A DNA stretch of 64,000 bases from Malacoraja senta (taxonomy: Eukaryota). The notes beneath the pieces are model-generated. The model saw only the letters and a list, made by a program, of their open reading frames with translations, searched no databases and had not been told where the DNA came from. Position numbers and translations under genes: made by a program. Location of the stretch: contig CM075999.1 in assembly GCA_038087875.1 (NCBI GenBank), positions 1,800,001-1,864,000 on the forward strand, read 5' to 3'. Of the stretch, positions 24,101 to 35,561 are shown piece after piece; within the stretch, counting starts at the first letter, position 1, and every line of letters starts with the position of its first letter.

Positions 24101-24619
24101 TGATACTGAAGGTTAGACAGTTATCAGAACATGTAGGAAGGAACTGCAGATGTTGGTTGAAACCGCAGATAGACATAAAAAAGCTGGAGTAACTCAGCGG
24201 GCCAGGCAGCATCTCCGGAGATGAAGGAACAGGTTGATGTTTCGGGTCGAGACCCTTCTTCGGACTGAGAGTCCAGGGAGAGGGAAACTAGAGGTATGAA
24301 GAGATACCGGATGATCAAGGAAAGGTGGAGCCCACAATGATCCATTGTTGGCTGCGGAGATGGTGTCAGTTGGTTAGCTTTGTTCACTGTCCCGTGTACC
24401 GAGGTACAGTGAAAAGCTTTTGTTGTGTACTAACCAGTCAGTGGAAAGACAATACAATTAAATACATGATAGAAACATTGAAGCTAAGCAGGACGACGGT
24501 GACGTTAGGAGGACTACTAGGGTGGGGGGAGGGACGGAGAGATGGAGGATGCAAGGGTTTACTTGGAGTTAGGGAAATCGATATTCATACCGCTGGGTTG
24601 TGAGCTGCCCAAGCGAAAT

Positions 24620-25013
24620 AAACGTCTGGTTCGGCAGGGTGGGGGGGAGGGGGAAGGAGGGGTGGGGGAGGGGGAGTTTGAGCGCTGGAGTGGCCCTCCC
24701 TCCCTCCCTCCCTCCCGGTGTGTCCCGTCCTGCCTTGCGAGCGCATTGTGACGTCACTCGGGTTTTGTTTTCCCAAAACGGGTGAGTTTGAAGAAATCGG
24801 GCTGTTTTTTTTTAATTTCAACGATTAATAACTTTGGAAATATACGTGGAAATGCGACGGGAAGATGTTTATCGCCACCACGGGGAAAAAGTAAGTAGGA
24901 TGTGTGAAAATGGGACGGCTGTGGCCTAGCGTTTGGAAGAAGATATTAATTAACCAGATTCACACACACACACACAGAGACACAAACAAGACAAAGACTT
25001 TTAGTTATATAGA
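24620..25013 (-). mobile_element. Probable non-autonomous Helitron fragment (5' end only)
   Basis: Minus strand begins TCTATATAACTAAAAGTC, resembling the 5' end of the element at 46393-47451; no CTAG 3' end found. Confidence 0.45.
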
Positions 25014-25814
25014 GATGGACAAGCGGACTGAGAAGATGGAAGAGGGAATATAGTATGGAAAATGTGCGATCACCTGCCTTGGTAGACAAGGCCGTGGAGT
25101 AATGGCTTTGTCAAACGGTGAGAGATTGGGTTATTGTCAGCATTCAAAGAGACCTGGGTGTCCTTGGACATGAATGACTGAAAGGCAGTACGCAGGGTAG
25201 CTTTTATTATGAAGATTTGATTACCATATTGTGTGCAGTTTAGTATAGTTTAGAGATACAGCGCGGAAACAAACCCTTCGGCCCATCGAGTCCGTGCCGA
25301 CCAGCGATCCCCGCACATTAACACTACCCCACACACACACACTGGGGACAATAACATTGACACCAAGCCAATTAAACTACAACCCTGTACGTCTTTGGAC
25401 CGTGGGACGAAACCGATGATCTCCTGCACCTGTTTTCTATGTTTCGATGTTGCCCCAACCTCGGTGTGAAGAAATTCCCACTTTAAACATCCTCTCTCTC
25501 ACCTCTGCCATTTCAGCCGAACCGTACAAAAGCAAAATGATTAACACTGCCGAGCTCACTCACCCCCCTCATAACTCTGTGTACATAGAAGATAGATAGG
25601 TTGCTTCGGTTTTGTTTTCGTGGCTCTACCAATACTATTTCCACGAATCTCATAATCTAACCCCATTCCTTCTATAAGATTGTATCTGACAATTATCTGT
25701 GTTTCTGCGTCTCCTGAGGATAGCAGAACTTAAATGTTCCACTGCCGACGCTTCTAAACAACAGACTGCGTTTGTGCTTGGAGACTAACGACAAAGGAGG
25801 TTTACTTGCAGGTA

Positions 25815-26450
25815 CACAAAAATGCTGGAGAAACTCAGCGGGTGCAGCAGCATCTATGGAGCGAAGGAAATAGGCAACGTTTCGGGCCGAAACCCTTCTT
25901 CAGACTGATAGGGGGTGGGGAGAAGAAAGGAAAAAAAGAAAAAGGCGGAGGAGGAGCCCGAGGGCTGGGGGAGGGGAGGAGACAACCAGATGGCTGATGA
26001 AGGGGAGGGGACAGCCAGGGCTAGCAGAATTGGGAGAATTCAATGTTCAAGCCCCCAGGATGTAGACTGCCCAAGCGGAATATGAGGTGCACTTCCTCCA
26101 ATTTACGGTGTTGCTCGCTGTGGCCATGGAGGAGGCCCAGGACAGAGAGGTCAGATACGGAATGGGAGGGGGAGTTGAAGTGCTGAGCCACCGGGAGGTC
26201 AGGTTGGTTATTGCGGACCGACCGGAGGTGTTCGGCGAAACGGTCACCAAGCCTCCGCTTGGTCTCACCGATGTAGATCAGCTGGCATCTAGAGCAGCGG
26301 ATGCAATAGATGAGGTTGGAGGAGATGCAGGTGAACCTCTGTCGCACCTGGAACGACTGCTTGGGTCCTTGAATGGAGCCGGGGGGGGGGGGGGGGAGGT
26401 GAAGGGACAAGTGTTGCATCTCTTGCGGTTGCAAGAGATGCAACACTTGC
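25815..26450 (-). mobile_element. Penelope-like retroelement, 5'-truncated, with GIY-YIG endonuclease C-terminus and 3' pLTR
   Basis: ORF 26021-26446: FTCISSNLIYCIRCSRCQLIYIGETKRRLGDRFAEHLRSV...PVAQHFNSPSH...GLN (Penelope GIY-YIG); flanked by 17-bp duplication AGGTTTACTTGCAGGTA (25798-25814 / 26451-26467). Confidence 0.9.
25876..25903 (-). ncRNA. Minimal type I hammerhead ribozyme-like motif in Penelope pLTR
   Basis: Minus strand CUGAAGA-A-GGGU(UUCG)GCCC-GAAA-CG-UU; catalytic activity not demonstrated. Confidence 0.6.
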
Positions 26451-26564
26451 AGGTTTACTTGCAGGTATTTTGGGGAGTGTACCTGTGTGCAATAGCCTGC
26501 ATTTAAAAAAATAAATTCAACTCTGTTGACGCAGGGGAAACTGAACCAAATGTGTAAGGAACTT

Positions 26565-26812
26565 TAAGAAGGAACTGCAGGTGCTGGAAAATCGAAGGTA
26601 GACAAAAGTGCTGGAGAAACTCAGCGGGTGCAGCAGCATCTATGGAGCGAAGGAAATAGGCAACGTTTCGGGCCGAAACCCTTCAGGGTTTCGGCACGAA
26701 ACGTTACCTATTTCCTTCCTGAAGAGTTTCGTCCCGAAACGTTGCCTATTTCCTTCGCTCCATAGATGCTGCCGCACCCGCTGAGTTTCGCCAGCACTTT
26801 TGTCTACCTTCG
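26565..26812. mobile_element. Fold-back (inverted) Penelope pLTR pair
   Basis: Left arm CGAAGGTAGACAAAAGTGCTGG...GGCAACGTTTCGG mirrored on the right; internal duplication of the hammerhead segment. Confidence 0.8.
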
Positions 26813-26877
26813 AATGTGTAAAAGGCCCTGGTCTCACAGAGACATGAGGAAGAGCGGCAGATGCTGGAATGCTCAGT

Positions 26878-27178
26878 TGAGATACAGCACGGAAAAACCA
26901 AGGCCCTTCGGCCCGCTGAGTCTGCGCCGACCAACGATCCCCGCACATTAACACGCGCTACGGACAAAATACATTTACACCGAGCCAATTAACCTACAAA
27001 CCTGCACGTCTTTGGAGCGTGGGAGGAAACCGAAGATGTGGGAGAAAGCCCGCGCGGGTCACGGGGAGAACGCACAGACTCCCTACGGACAGCGCCCGCA
27101 GTCGGGATCGAACCCGGCTCTCCGGCGCCGCACGCCCAGTAAGGCAGCAACTCCTCCGCTGCGCCACCGTGCTGCCCT
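26878..27178 (-). mobile_element. HE1-like V-SINE
   Basis: Reverse-complement SINE head, central domain and tail. Confidence 0.85.
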
Positions 27179-27283
27179 AAGTCGAGACACAGCGCGGAAA
27201 CAGGCCCTTTGGCCCACTGAGTCCGCGCTGACCACTGATCCTTGCACATTGACGCCATCCTACACACACTAGGGCCAATTCCC

Positions 27284-27640
27284 CTTTTTTTTTAATTTTT
27301 TAATTTTTAATTTTATTTATTAGAAGTTCATTAAATTACAAACAATTACATTAGTACACATCAAGTATATTTCATTACACTTAATGTGCTTCTTCATTTG
27401 TTAAAGCTAATAAAAAGAAAAGGTTGAAATTAAGAAGAAAGAGAAAGTGAAAGAAAATAGTGTTGGTGTAAAAGTGTGTCGAAAGAAAAGAATAAAGACC
27501 CTATAGAAGAGAAATTAGAGAAAAGAGATTAAGAGATAGACCCTAGGGAAGAAAAAAGAGAAAGAAGAGAAAAGAGAAAAAAAACAGATAATCTATTAAG
27601 AACATCACGCAAATGGGATATACCAACTCGCATTTACTCG
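27284..27640 (-). mobile_element. L1-clade 3'UTR fragment inserted in a SINE
   Basis: Minus strand ends ACTTCTAATAAATAAAATTAAAAA..., like the L1 3' end near 61875-61904; T-rich UTR. Confidence 0.6.
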
Positions 27641-27796
27641 CAACCAACTTACATTTATACCAAGGCAATTAACCTACAAACCTGTACGTCTTTGGAGTGT
27701 GGCTCGAAACCGAAGATCTCGAAACAAAACCTACGCAGGTCACGGGGAGAACGTGCAACCTCTGTGCAGACAGCACCCGTAGCGGGGATCGAACCG

Positions 27797-28142
27797 CTCT
27801 TCACCCCTCTCCCATCAGGCAAGAGGTCGAGAAGTGTGAAAACGCACTCCTCCAGATTCAGGGACAGTTTGTTTCTTCCCAGCTGTTATCGGGCAACTGA
27901 ACCATCCTACCACCAACAAGAGAGCGGTCCTGAACTACTATCTACCACCGATGTCCCTCAGACTGTCCTTGATCGGACTTTGCTGGCTTTACCTTGCACC
28001 AAACATTATTCCCTGACTCATGTATCTGTACACTGTGGATGGCTCAATTGTAATCATGTATTGTCTTCCCGCTGACTGGATAGCACGCCAACAAAAGCTT
28101 TTCATTGTGCCTCGGTACACGTGACAATAAACTAAACTAACT
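27797..28142 (+). mobile_element. Rex1/Babar LINE 3' fragment
   Basis: LFTPLPSGKRSRSVKTHSSRFRDS; (TAAAC)n end. Confidence 0.75.
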
Positions 28143-28167
28143 TACAAGCTCTGATCTTTGGCGCTGT

Positions 28168-28727
28168 AACGATACGATACGATAGAACTTTATTGATCCC
28201 AGGAGGGAAATTGATCTGTCAACAGTCATAAAAACTCAACATGATACATGAAACAGGAAATTAAAGTGACGAGTGGAAAGGATTAGGGATGTGCAAAGAT
28301 TTGGGGTGGAGGAGGGGGGGGGTGGGTGGGGAGTCAGTCTATCCCACGACAGAAGGGGGAGGAGTTGTACAGTTTGATAGCCACAGGGAAGAAGGATCTC
28401 CTGTGTGGCGTTCTGTGCTGCATCTTGGTGGATCCAGTCTGTTGCTGAAGGTGCTCCTTAGGTTGACCAGTGTGTCACGGAGGGCGGTGAGCTGTATTGT
28501 CCAGGTTGCTCCGCAGTTTGAGGAGCATCCAGCCCTCCAAGACCAACCTCCCCGTGAATCCAACTCCAACTCCGCCCCCAGGACGGAGCCAGCCTTCCTG
28601 ATGAGTTTGTTGATCCTGTTGGTGTCCGCAGCCATCGCCCTGCTGCCCCAGCCGGCACACGGCAGTGAAGAAGATGGCACCGGCCACCACCGATTGGTAG
28701 AACATCTGCAGGATCTTGTTGCAGCAG
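28168..28727 (-). mobile_element. Rex1/Babar LINE 3' fragment (second family, (TATCG)n tail)
   Basis: Frameshifted ILQMFYQSVVAGAIFFTAVC / WGSRAMAADTNRINKLIRKAGSVLG. Confidence 0.8.
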
Positions 28728-28791
28728 CTATACCACCGTGCCACCGTGCCGCCTCAGAACGATGGCGATATCTAGCAGCAATGCAGCCGTG

Positions 28792-29302
28792 TAGGGTTGC
28801 AACTGTCCCGTATTAGCCAGGACATCCCGTATATTGGGCTAAATTGGTTTGTCCCGTACGGGACCGCGCTTGTCCCGTATTTGACTGCTACTACTCGGGT
28901 CGAGGGGACTGTCGGGTCGGAGCACCAACCCGGCCCCGCCCCGCCTCACTCGTCCCGACGTAGTGCATCCCATGGAGTGCAGCAGCAGCACCTCGCCTGT
29001 AGGTCAGCTGTCCGACCTTCAGACCTTCGCTTACCGCCCACGCCACCACCCCTCCTTCTCACGGCCGATCATCGGTTCGCGAGTTGGACGGGGTGCCGGG
29101 TTTTGAGCGCGACGTCGCGCGGCCCGGGCGAAAACTCCTCAGCTGGCCCCGCCGGGTGGGCTTTGTGTGCAGTCCAGCACCCGGGGCCAACTCATCATTC
29201 ACCCAGACACGGCCCAGTCGGTCAATGAATTGCCGTCGGGGAATTTGTCCCGTATTTTGACCCTTTGTCCCTTATTTGGGAGTGAGAGAGTTGTCGACCC
29301 TG
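28792..29302. mobile_element. Non-autonomous hAT (Blackjack-like) transposon
   Basis: Termini TAGGGTTGCAAC...GTTGTCGACCCTG; repeated subterminal TGTCCCGTA motifs at both ends; TSD degenerate (5/8). Confidence 0.6.
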
Positions 29303-29536
29303 TAGCCCGGCCTCCCTGATGTTAATCCCACAGTTTGTGTGTCAGTAGTTGATGAATCGACTCCTTGGCCACTGACTTATTTTACCTTCAAAGTGCCAAA
29401 AAGATCCTGTTTTGCCCTTGAGAAATAAGCAGTATATTTTGTATGTATCACAGTCGGCAGCTTATCATTCCACCTAATTAATTTCAGATGAGTGTTTGTC
29501 GTAGACTTTATGGGATTTTCAATTTGCTAATTTATA

Positions 29537-29703
29537 TGTAGGAAGGAACTGCAGATGCCGGATGTAAACTGAAGATAGACACAAAAAGCTGGAGTAACTC
29601 AGTGGGACAGGCAGCATCTCAGGAGAGAATCAAACACCCATTCCTTATCCCCAGAGATGCTGCCTGTCCCGCTGAGTTACTCCAGCTTTTAGTGTCTACC
29701 TTC
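29537..29703. mobile_element. Inverted Penelope pLTR pair with the hammerhead segment deleted
   Basis: AAAAGCTGGAGTAACTCAGTGGGACAGGCAGCATCTC mirrored; flanking TTGCTAATTT duplicated (29524-29533 / 29704-29713). Confidence 0.75.
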
Positions 29704-29744
29704 TTGCTAATTTGAATGTTATGCACGCATCAGGTCGGTGTCAA

Positions 29745-30146
29745 CCAAAGATCCTATAGCGGAGCAAGATAGACCACTCCTTCTAAATGCAATGGGCTGA
29801 CGTGTAGTACGCAACGGAGCGGAAAGTGGGCCTTTATTTCATCCATTTCAGTAACCCGACCCGACCCGACCCGACTCGCAGTGTAATCAACGTTGCGGGG
29901 GAACAGTTTGTGTTAATAAATTATAATTCTGAAAATGAGGAGAAGATTTTTCCCAAGTAACTTTTATTTTTACGAGGATGTTTCCGTAACCGGCTTCCGT
30001 CTCCGCACTAGTATCCTGTGGGATCTTTGGTGCGGAGACGGGAGACGGTTACGGAAATGGGGCCGAAAATTCCCCGTGAATCTGCCCATGACCGTACTAC
30101 GTCTTTTTCGTCGAGTGGACTATCTTGCTTGCTATAGGATCTTTGG
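29745..30146. mobile_element. Unclassified non-autonomous TIR DNA transposon
   Basis: ~35-bp TIRs CCAAAGATCCTATAGC...AGCAAGATAG.CCACTC; flanks TGTCAA / AGTCAA. Confidence 0.75.
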
Positions 30147-30260
30147 AGTCAATCTCAACCAGTGACCTGTTTAATGACTCTGTGTAACAGCTGGCTGCCG
30201 CGGCAATTAAACTTAACACTCCACCTCGTTTAAGTACAAGAGCACAGGGTGTTCATGTTA

Positions 30261-30570
30261 GGGTGGCACGGTGGCGCAGCGGTAGAGTTGCTGCCTCACA
30301 GCGCCAGAGACCCGGGTTCGATCCTGACTACCGGTGCTTGTCGGTACGGAGTTTGTACGTTCTCCCCGTGACCTGAGTGGGTTTTCTCTGAGGTTCGGAT
30401 TCCTCCCACACTCCAAAGACGTGCAGGTTTGTACGTTGATTGGCTTGGTTATACATGTAAAGTTGTCCCCAGTGTGTGTAGGGTGGTGTTAGTGCGCGGG
30501 GATCGCTGGTCGGTGCAGACTCGCTGGGCTGAAAGCCCTGTTTCCATGCTGTATCTCTAAACTAAACTAC
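30261..30570 (+). mobile_element. HE1-like V-SINE, full length
   Basis: Pol III boxes, central domain, tail, (ACTAA)n. Confidence 0.9.
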
Positions 30571-31306
30571 AAGAGTACAGGTTGTTCCTGTTGAAGCATC
30601 ATCATGGAACAGTTGTCGAGCTGCTGCCTCACGGCGCCAGAGTCACGGGTTCGATCCTGACCTCGGGTGCTGTCTGTGTGTGGAGTTTGCATGTTCTCCC
30701 CGTGACCGCGTGGGTTTCCTCCGGGGGCTCCGAATGGCCTCACTCCTGCGCATATGCTTCTACGCTTCTATCCAGTGAGTGAGGAGTTATTGCTTTAAAT
30801 TGACGTCCCTTGATTTGTGATTCCAGGATTGTCCTGGATCCTTCACTAAGTGAGAGATTAACGAGACAATTATCCAGCTCATTTAGCTACTTAGCAGTGT
30901 TGCCTGATTGCTGCGTATCTTCACTAACATGACTCGGGCCCTTCTCACAGGAAACAAGCCATTTCTAAATTGGGGCGTCCTTTGAAAGATAAAACACGTT
31001 ATCAAATAATAAGCATTTTCATTTTCTTTGTAGAAGAGGCAATTGCAACACAAGTCACGTGCTTATTCTCGTCACTCGATGTCTAATTGCTGCACAGGTC
31101 ACGAGTATTAGAAAACTCTTGCGAGTAAATATCCCACTGAGTTAAACCATCGTCGGTTTAAACCATCCACTGCAGTTCCTTCCTGCACAGACATAAATAT
31201 CCATTTTGGTTGAAGTGCAAGTATTATATTCACGGCAAAAAATAAAGATGGAAAAGGTGTGAACAAAAATGAGGCAGTTTTATTTTAAAGTAGGTGAAGT
31301 GATCTT

Positions 31307-32078
31307 AGAAACATAGAAACATAGGAAATAGTTGCAGGAGGAGGCCATTCGGCCCTTCGAGCCAGCACCGCCATTCATTGTGATCATGGCTGATCGTCCC
31401 CTATCAATAACCCGTGCCTGCCTTCTCCCCATATCCCTTGACTCCACTAGCCCCTAGAGCTCTATCTAACTCTCTCTTAAATCCATCCAGTGACTTGGCC
31501 TCCACTGCCCTCTGTGGCAGGGAATTCCACAAATTCACAACTCTCTGTGTGAAAAAGTTTTCTCTCACCTCAGTCTTAAATGACCTCCCCCCTTTATTCT
31601 GAGACTGTGGCCCCTGGTTCTGGACTCGCCCCAACATTGGGAACATTTTTCCTGCATCTAGCTTGTCCAGTCCTTTTATAATTTTATATGTTTCTATAAG
31701 ATTCCCCGTCATCCTTCTAAACTCCAGTGAATACAAGCCTAGTCTTTTCAATCTTTCCTCATACGACAGTCCCGCCATCCCAGGGATCAATCTCGTGAAC
31801 CTACGCTCCACTGCCTCAATCACAAGGATGTCCTTCCTCAGATTAGGAGACCAAAACTGTACACAATACTCCAGATGTGGTCTCACCAGAGCCCTATACA
31901 ACTGCAGAAGAACCTCTTTACTCCTATACTGAAATCCTCTTGTTATGAAGGCCAACAGGCCATTGGCTTTCTTCACTGCCTGCTGTACCTGCACGCCAAC
32001 TTTCAGTGACCGGTGTACAAGGACACCCAGGTCTCGCTGTACCTCCCCCTTACCTAACCTAACCCCGTTGAGATAATA
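31307..32078 (-). mobile_element. CR1 subfamily C 3' fragment with open ORF2 C-terminus
   Basis: YYLNGVRLGKGEVQRDLGVLVH...LYRALVRPHLEYCVQFWSP...GYGEKAG. Confidence 0.93.
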
Positions 32079-32557
32079 GTGACATGTAAGTGACTTCTTG
32101 ATATCATGAAAGGTAGACAAAAATGCGGGAGAAACTCAGCGGGTGAGGCAGTATCTATAGGTGACGTTTTGGGTCGAGACTCTTCTTCAGACCATGAAAG
32201 TCATCATTTGTTTCTGCGGCCATTTTATTCCACTCTCAGTAAACGAGAGGCACTGTTTCTGAAAACATTTTCTCTCACAACCCTCTTCTCCTGACACTCA
32301 TTGTTGGTCTTCCTCTCTCCTCATCTCTCTCATCTTCCAATTGTCTCTCCCTGAGCAGCTCCACTTGCTTCTGTGTGGTGGAAAGGAAGTGCAGATGCTG
32401 CTTTTGCACCGAAGATAGACACAAAGTGCTGGAGTAACTCGGAGGGACGGGCAGCATCTCTGCAGAAAAGAAGGATGGGTCGGGACCCCTCTTCAGACTG
32501 AAAGTGACGGGGAGGGAACTGGAGGTAAGAAAAGGCCAGGCTAGGGCACCTGGGGAA

Positions 32558-33023
32558 AATAGACAATAGACAATAGGTGCAGGAGGAGGCCATTCGGCCC
32601 TTCGAGCCATTCAATGTGATCATGGCTGATCATCCCCAATCAGTACCCCGTTCCTGCCTTCTCCCCATATCCCCTGACTCCGCTATCTTTAAGAGCCCTA
32701 TCTAGCTCTCTCTTGAAAGCATCCAGAGAACCGGCCTCCACCGCCCTCTGAGGCAGAGAATTCCACAGACTCACCACTCTCTGTGAGAAAAAGTGTTTCC
32801 TCGTCTCCGTTCTAAATGGCTTACTCCTTATTCTTAAACTGTGGCCCCTGGTTCTGGACTCCCCCAACATCGGGAACATGTTTCCTGCCTCTAGCGTGTC
32901 CAAGCCCTTAACAATCTTATATGTTTCAATGAGATCTCCTCTCATCCTTCTAAACTCCAGAGTGTACAAGCCCAGCTGCTCCATTCTCTCAGCGTATGAC
33001 AGTCCCGCCATCCCGGGAATTAA
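32558..33023 (-). mobile_element. CR1 subfamily B 3' fragment
   Basis: LIPGMAGLSYAERMEQLGLYTLEFRRMRGDLIETY. Confidence 0.9.
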
Positions 33024-33668
33024 CCCACGCAGGTCACGGGGAGAACGTGCAAACTCCGTACAGGCAGCACCCGTAGTCAGGATCAAACCCGGGTCTCTGG
33101 CGCCGTGAGGCAGCAACTCTACCGCTGCGCCACCACGCCTCCCTAAAAGTTATTTTATGCTTTATTTTTTGCCAAAAAGTATGTTCTGGAAGAACTACTG
33201 TAACGTTCAAAGATGTTCAGCTTGAGCCCGGAGAGGTATTCCAAGGTACAACGTGTAAACATTCAGGAACTGCTAATACCAGCTCGGATTTGACACAGCC
33301 ACACAACGTTCCTTGGGGAATAATTGCTTTCTGGATGTACTTCTATTCCCCTTGATGTGAAAATTCGCCTGCCTAATTATAAATTCCTCCAAAGTCTCAT
33401 CCTCACGATTTAATAATCCCCTCCAGTCCCACGACACCACAAGTTATCCGCATTAGTACAATTCTTGCGTCTCGTTCAACCCTGAAGGTCAGCAGCATAA
33501 TCCAGGACCAGTCGCACCCCAGTCACTCCCTCTTCTCCCCTCTCCCATCAGGCAAGAGGTACAGAAGTGTGAAAACACACACCTCCAGATTCAGGAACAG
33601 TTTCATCCCAGCTGTTATCAGGCAACTGAACCATCCTACCACAACCAGAGAGCGGTCCTGAACCACTA

Positions 33669-34220
33669 TAGAAACATAGAAACATAGAAAATAGGTGCAG
33701 GAGTAGGCCATTCAGCCCTTCGAGCCTGCACCGCCATTCAATATGATCATGGCTGATCATCCAACTCAGTATCCTGTACCTGCCTTCTCTCCATACCCCC
33801 TGATCCCTTTAGCCACAAGGGCCACATCTAACTCCCTCTTAAATATAGCCAATGAACTGGCCTCAACTACCTTCTGTGGCACATAATTCCACAGATTCAC
33901 CACTCTCTGTGTGAAAAATGATTTTCTCATCTCGGTCCTAAAAGACTTCCCCCTTATCCTTAAACTGTGACCCCCTTGTTCTGGACTTCCCCAACATCGG
34001 GAACAATCTTCCTGCATCTAGCCTGTCCAACCCCTTAAGAATTTTGTAAGTTTCTATAAGATCCCCCCTCAATCTTCTAAATTCTAGCGAGTACAAGCCA
34101 AGTCTATCCAGTCTTTCTTCATATGAAAGTCCTGACATCCCAGGAATCAGTCTGGTGAACCTTCTCTGTACTCCCTCTATGGCTATAATGTCCTTCCTCA
34201 GAATAGGAGACCAAAACTGT
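33669..34220 (-). mobile_element. CR1 subfamily A 3' fragment nested in a Rex1/Babar fragment
   Basis: MSGLSYEERLDRLGLYSLEFRRLRGDLIETYKIL; Rex sequence runs 33487-33668 and resumes at ~34222. Confidence 0.9.
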
Positions 34221-34734
34221 CTAACTATCTACCTCGGACGATCTTTGATTGGACTTTGCCGACTTTAGCTTGCACGTCTTTGGAGCGTGAGAGGAAACCG
34301 AAGATCTCGCAGAACGCACACGCAGGTCACGGGGAGATGGTACAAACTCCGTTCGAACCCGGGTCTCCGGCGCTGCAAGTGCTGTAAGGCAACAACTCCA
34401 CCGCTGCTCCACCGTGCCCACCCATACTCTATCTCTTAACTTATTTTGTTATTCCCTTTATTACACCTTCGATTATTCTGCACTGGTTTAGATTCCACGA
34501 CAATCTCTGAACGATTCTGCTTTTGCATTCTTCATTATATCTATGATGTCACTAATCATTTTGATGTGCGCTGTTTATAAGCTTCCTGTGTGCGAGGGAT
34601 TTCACTGCACCATGCTGTATGGACAATAAACTGATCTGATCCGCTGAGCGTTTTTTTAATGTGGATTTCCAGCATCAGCGGTATTTTTGCCCATGACTGT
34701 GCCTCTTATCGCCTGGCGATATCCCGACTTGTTG

Positions 34735-34887
34735 CGGTGGGAGATTGCAACCTTCCCGTGGTCCGCCTTGTTTCAACCAATACAATCAACCCAGCGTGCA
34801 AAATCAAATAAGATCAAATAGTACAAGTTGTCCTAAACAAGTTTAGGCTGTGCACGCCATACACAAGAAGAAGAAGAAGAAGAAGAA
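34735..34887 (+). mobile_element. Unclassified retroposon 3' end with (AAG)n tail
   Basis: Homologous to the reverse-complement pieces at ~18263-18331 and ~18600-18668; ends GTGCACGCCATACACAAGAAGAAG. Confidence 0.55.
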
Positions 34888-35316
34888 GAGAATGGAGCGG
34901 CTGGGCTTGTACACTCCGGAGTTTAGAAGGATGAGAGGGCATCTCATTGAAACATATAAGATTGTTAAGGGCTTGGACACGCTAGAGGCAGGAAACATGT
35001 TCCCGATGTTGGGGGAGTCCAGAACCAGGGGCCACAGTTCAAGAATAAGGGGTAAGCCATTTGGAACGGAGATGAGGAAACACTTTTTCTCACAGAGAGT
35101 GGAATTCTCTGCCTCAGAGGGCGGTGGAGGCCAATTCTCTGGATGCTTTCAAGAGAGAGCTAGATAGGGCTCTTAAAAATAGCAGAGTCAGGGGATATGG
35201 GGAGAAGGCAGGAACGGGGTACTGATTGGGGATGATCAGCCATGATCACATTGAATGGCGGTGCTGGCTCGAAGGGCCGAATGGCCTACTCCTGCACCTA
35301 TTGTCTATTATTGTCT
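34888..35316 (+). mobile_element. CR1 subfamily B 3' fragment
   Basis: RMERLGLYTPEFRRMRGHLIETYKIV. Confidence 0.9.
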
Positions 35317-35561
35317 TAAAGAAGGAACTGCAGATGCTGGAAAATCGAAGGTACACAGAAATGCTGGAGAAACTCAGCGGGTGCAGCAGCATCTATGGAG
35401 CGAAGGAAATAGGCAACGTTTCGGGCCAAAACCCTTCCGGGTTTCGGCCCGAAACGTTACCTATTTCCTTCCTGAAGGGTTCCGGCCCGAAACGTTGCCT
35501 ATTTCCTTCGTTCCATAGATGCTGCTGCACCCGCTGAGTTTCTCCAGCATTTTTGTGTACC
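35317..35561. mobile_element. Fold-back Penelope pLTR insertion
   Basis: Inverted arms around duplicated hammerhead segments; 14-bp duplication GTCTATTATTGTCT (35303-35316 / 35562-35575) within a CR1 tail. Confidence 0.8.
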
